The notes beneath the pieces are model-generated. The model saw only the letters and a program-made list of their open reading frames with translations. It was not told where the DNA came from and made no database searches. A stretch of 64,000 nt of DNA from Octopus bimaculoides (lineage: Eukaryota), in NCBI RefSeq assembly GCF_001194135.2, contig NC_068984.1, forward strand, positions 37,791,636-37,855,635, written 5' to 3'. The position numbers were made by a program, and so were the translations under genes. Positions 62,708 through 64,000 of this stretch are shown in pieces. Position 1 is the stretch's first letter. Each line of letters starts with the position of its first letter.

Positions 62708-63236
62708 GGAGGCGCAATGGCCCAGTGGTTAGGGCAGTGGACTTGCAGTCATAGGATCGCGGTTTCGATTCCCAGACTGGGCGTTGTGAGTGTTTATTGA
62801 GCGAAAATACCTAAAGCTCCATGAGGCTCCGGCAGGGGATGGTGGCGAACCCTGCTGTACTCTTCCACCACAACTTTCTTCCCGTTTCTGTTGTACCTGT
62901 ATTTCAAAGGGTCAGCCTTGTCATGCTCTGTGTCACGCTGAATCTCCCCCGAGAACNNNNNNNNNNACCTAAAGCTCCATGAGGCTCCGGCAGGGGATGG
63001 TGGCGAACCCTGCTGTACTCTTCCACCACAACTTTCTTCCCGTTTCTGTTGTACCTGTATTTCAAAGGGTCAGCCTTGTCATGCTCTGTGTCACGCTGAA
63101 TCTCCCCCGAGAACTACGTTAAGGGTACACGTGTCTGTGGAGAGCTCAGCCACTTGCACGTTAATTTCACGAGCAGGCTGTTCCGTTGATTGGATCAACT
63201 GGAACCCTCGATGTCGTAAAAGACGGAGTGCCAACA
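62708..63236 (+). mobile_element. tRNA-derived SINE family C, with duplicated segment across a 10-N gap
   Basis: A box TGGCCCAGTGG, B box GGTTTCGATTCC; 62808-62956 is repeated identically after the gap. Confidence 0.9.
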
Positions 63237-64000
63237 AAACAAATGTATTTTAGGGTAAATACTTGAACTTTGTTAAGCTAAGATTCTTTTCTAGGAAAGT
63301 TAACTTGTGAGTGACAAGTACATAATCTTAAATGGAAAAAACTGCATTTGTGGTTTAATATATTGGCTTTGAATCAAAGTGGAATGTGTTTTTGAATAAA
63401 TAATTGGTTTTGTTTATAATATTCACCTTTTATTTATTTCAGTCACTGGGTTGTGGCTATGCTGAGACATCACCTTAAAGAGCTTAGTCAAACATATTGA
63501 CTCTAGTACTTAATTTTTAAACCTTGGTACTTATTCTATTGGCCATTTTTGCTAAACCGCTAAGTTACAAGGACATAAACAAACCAACACTTGTCAAGCA
63601 GTAGTTGGGGACAAACACAAAGATAAAGACACATACACATATATATCTAAAAAGTGGGACACAGTAAAGTGACATGCACCACCAGCTTCTATATCTTCTG
63701 GTTATATCTGCACCACACCGGTAACATTTTACCAACTTACCTCAGGTTATACACTTCTCCATGATAGCACTGTGCATCCCTTTTGATTTTAGATTTGGTT
63801 GATCTGTTCATTGTAAAGTACCTTGATATCTTTTTTACACTATTTCAGTGTTTGTGTATACATAGACACACATACATATGTTTGTGTTAATGCATGTGTG
63901 TGTGTATTTGTGCTCATGTGTGTAGAAGTGTACGTGTATGTATGTGTTTATGTATGTTTGTGTGTGCACACGTGTGTTTATTTTTTATTTTATTTTATTT

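Noticed and set aside
62797-63126. Tandem duplication of about 150 bp in the SINE
   Set aside because: Identical copies flank a 10-N gap, typical of an unmerged contig overlap; the same applies to 49658-49720.

Overview
AT-rich, repeat-dense eukaryotic (animal) genomic DNA with scaffold N gaps. The SINE, microsatellite and transposon repertoire resembles cephalopod (Octopus-like) genomes; this is an inference, not a database result. Most of the window is decayed or nested transposons: Gypsy LTR pieces, Tx1/L1-, RTE-, R4- and Penelope-like retroelements, several tRNA-derived SINE families, hAT, Tigger and mariner remnants, and MITEs. The only well-supported host coding piece is a minus-strand first exon (27372-27189) encoding a signal peptide plus the N-terminal motif of the BPI/LBP lipid-binding family; a few orphan exon and promoter candidates are weaker. 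Most interesting: (1) a Penelope-like element whose 3' end carries a tRNA-like Pol III module followed by a hammerhead-ribozyme core, plus a second hammerhead-like motif at 9.6 kb; (2) an ORF1-only (HAL1-like) retroposon inserted in a SINE head, sharing a 3' tail with a Tx1-like LINE and a SINE subtype; (3) a Merlin-like MITE family with 8-bp TSDs whose core is a hairpin around head-to-head telomeric repeats. All coordinates were read by eye; no searches were run.
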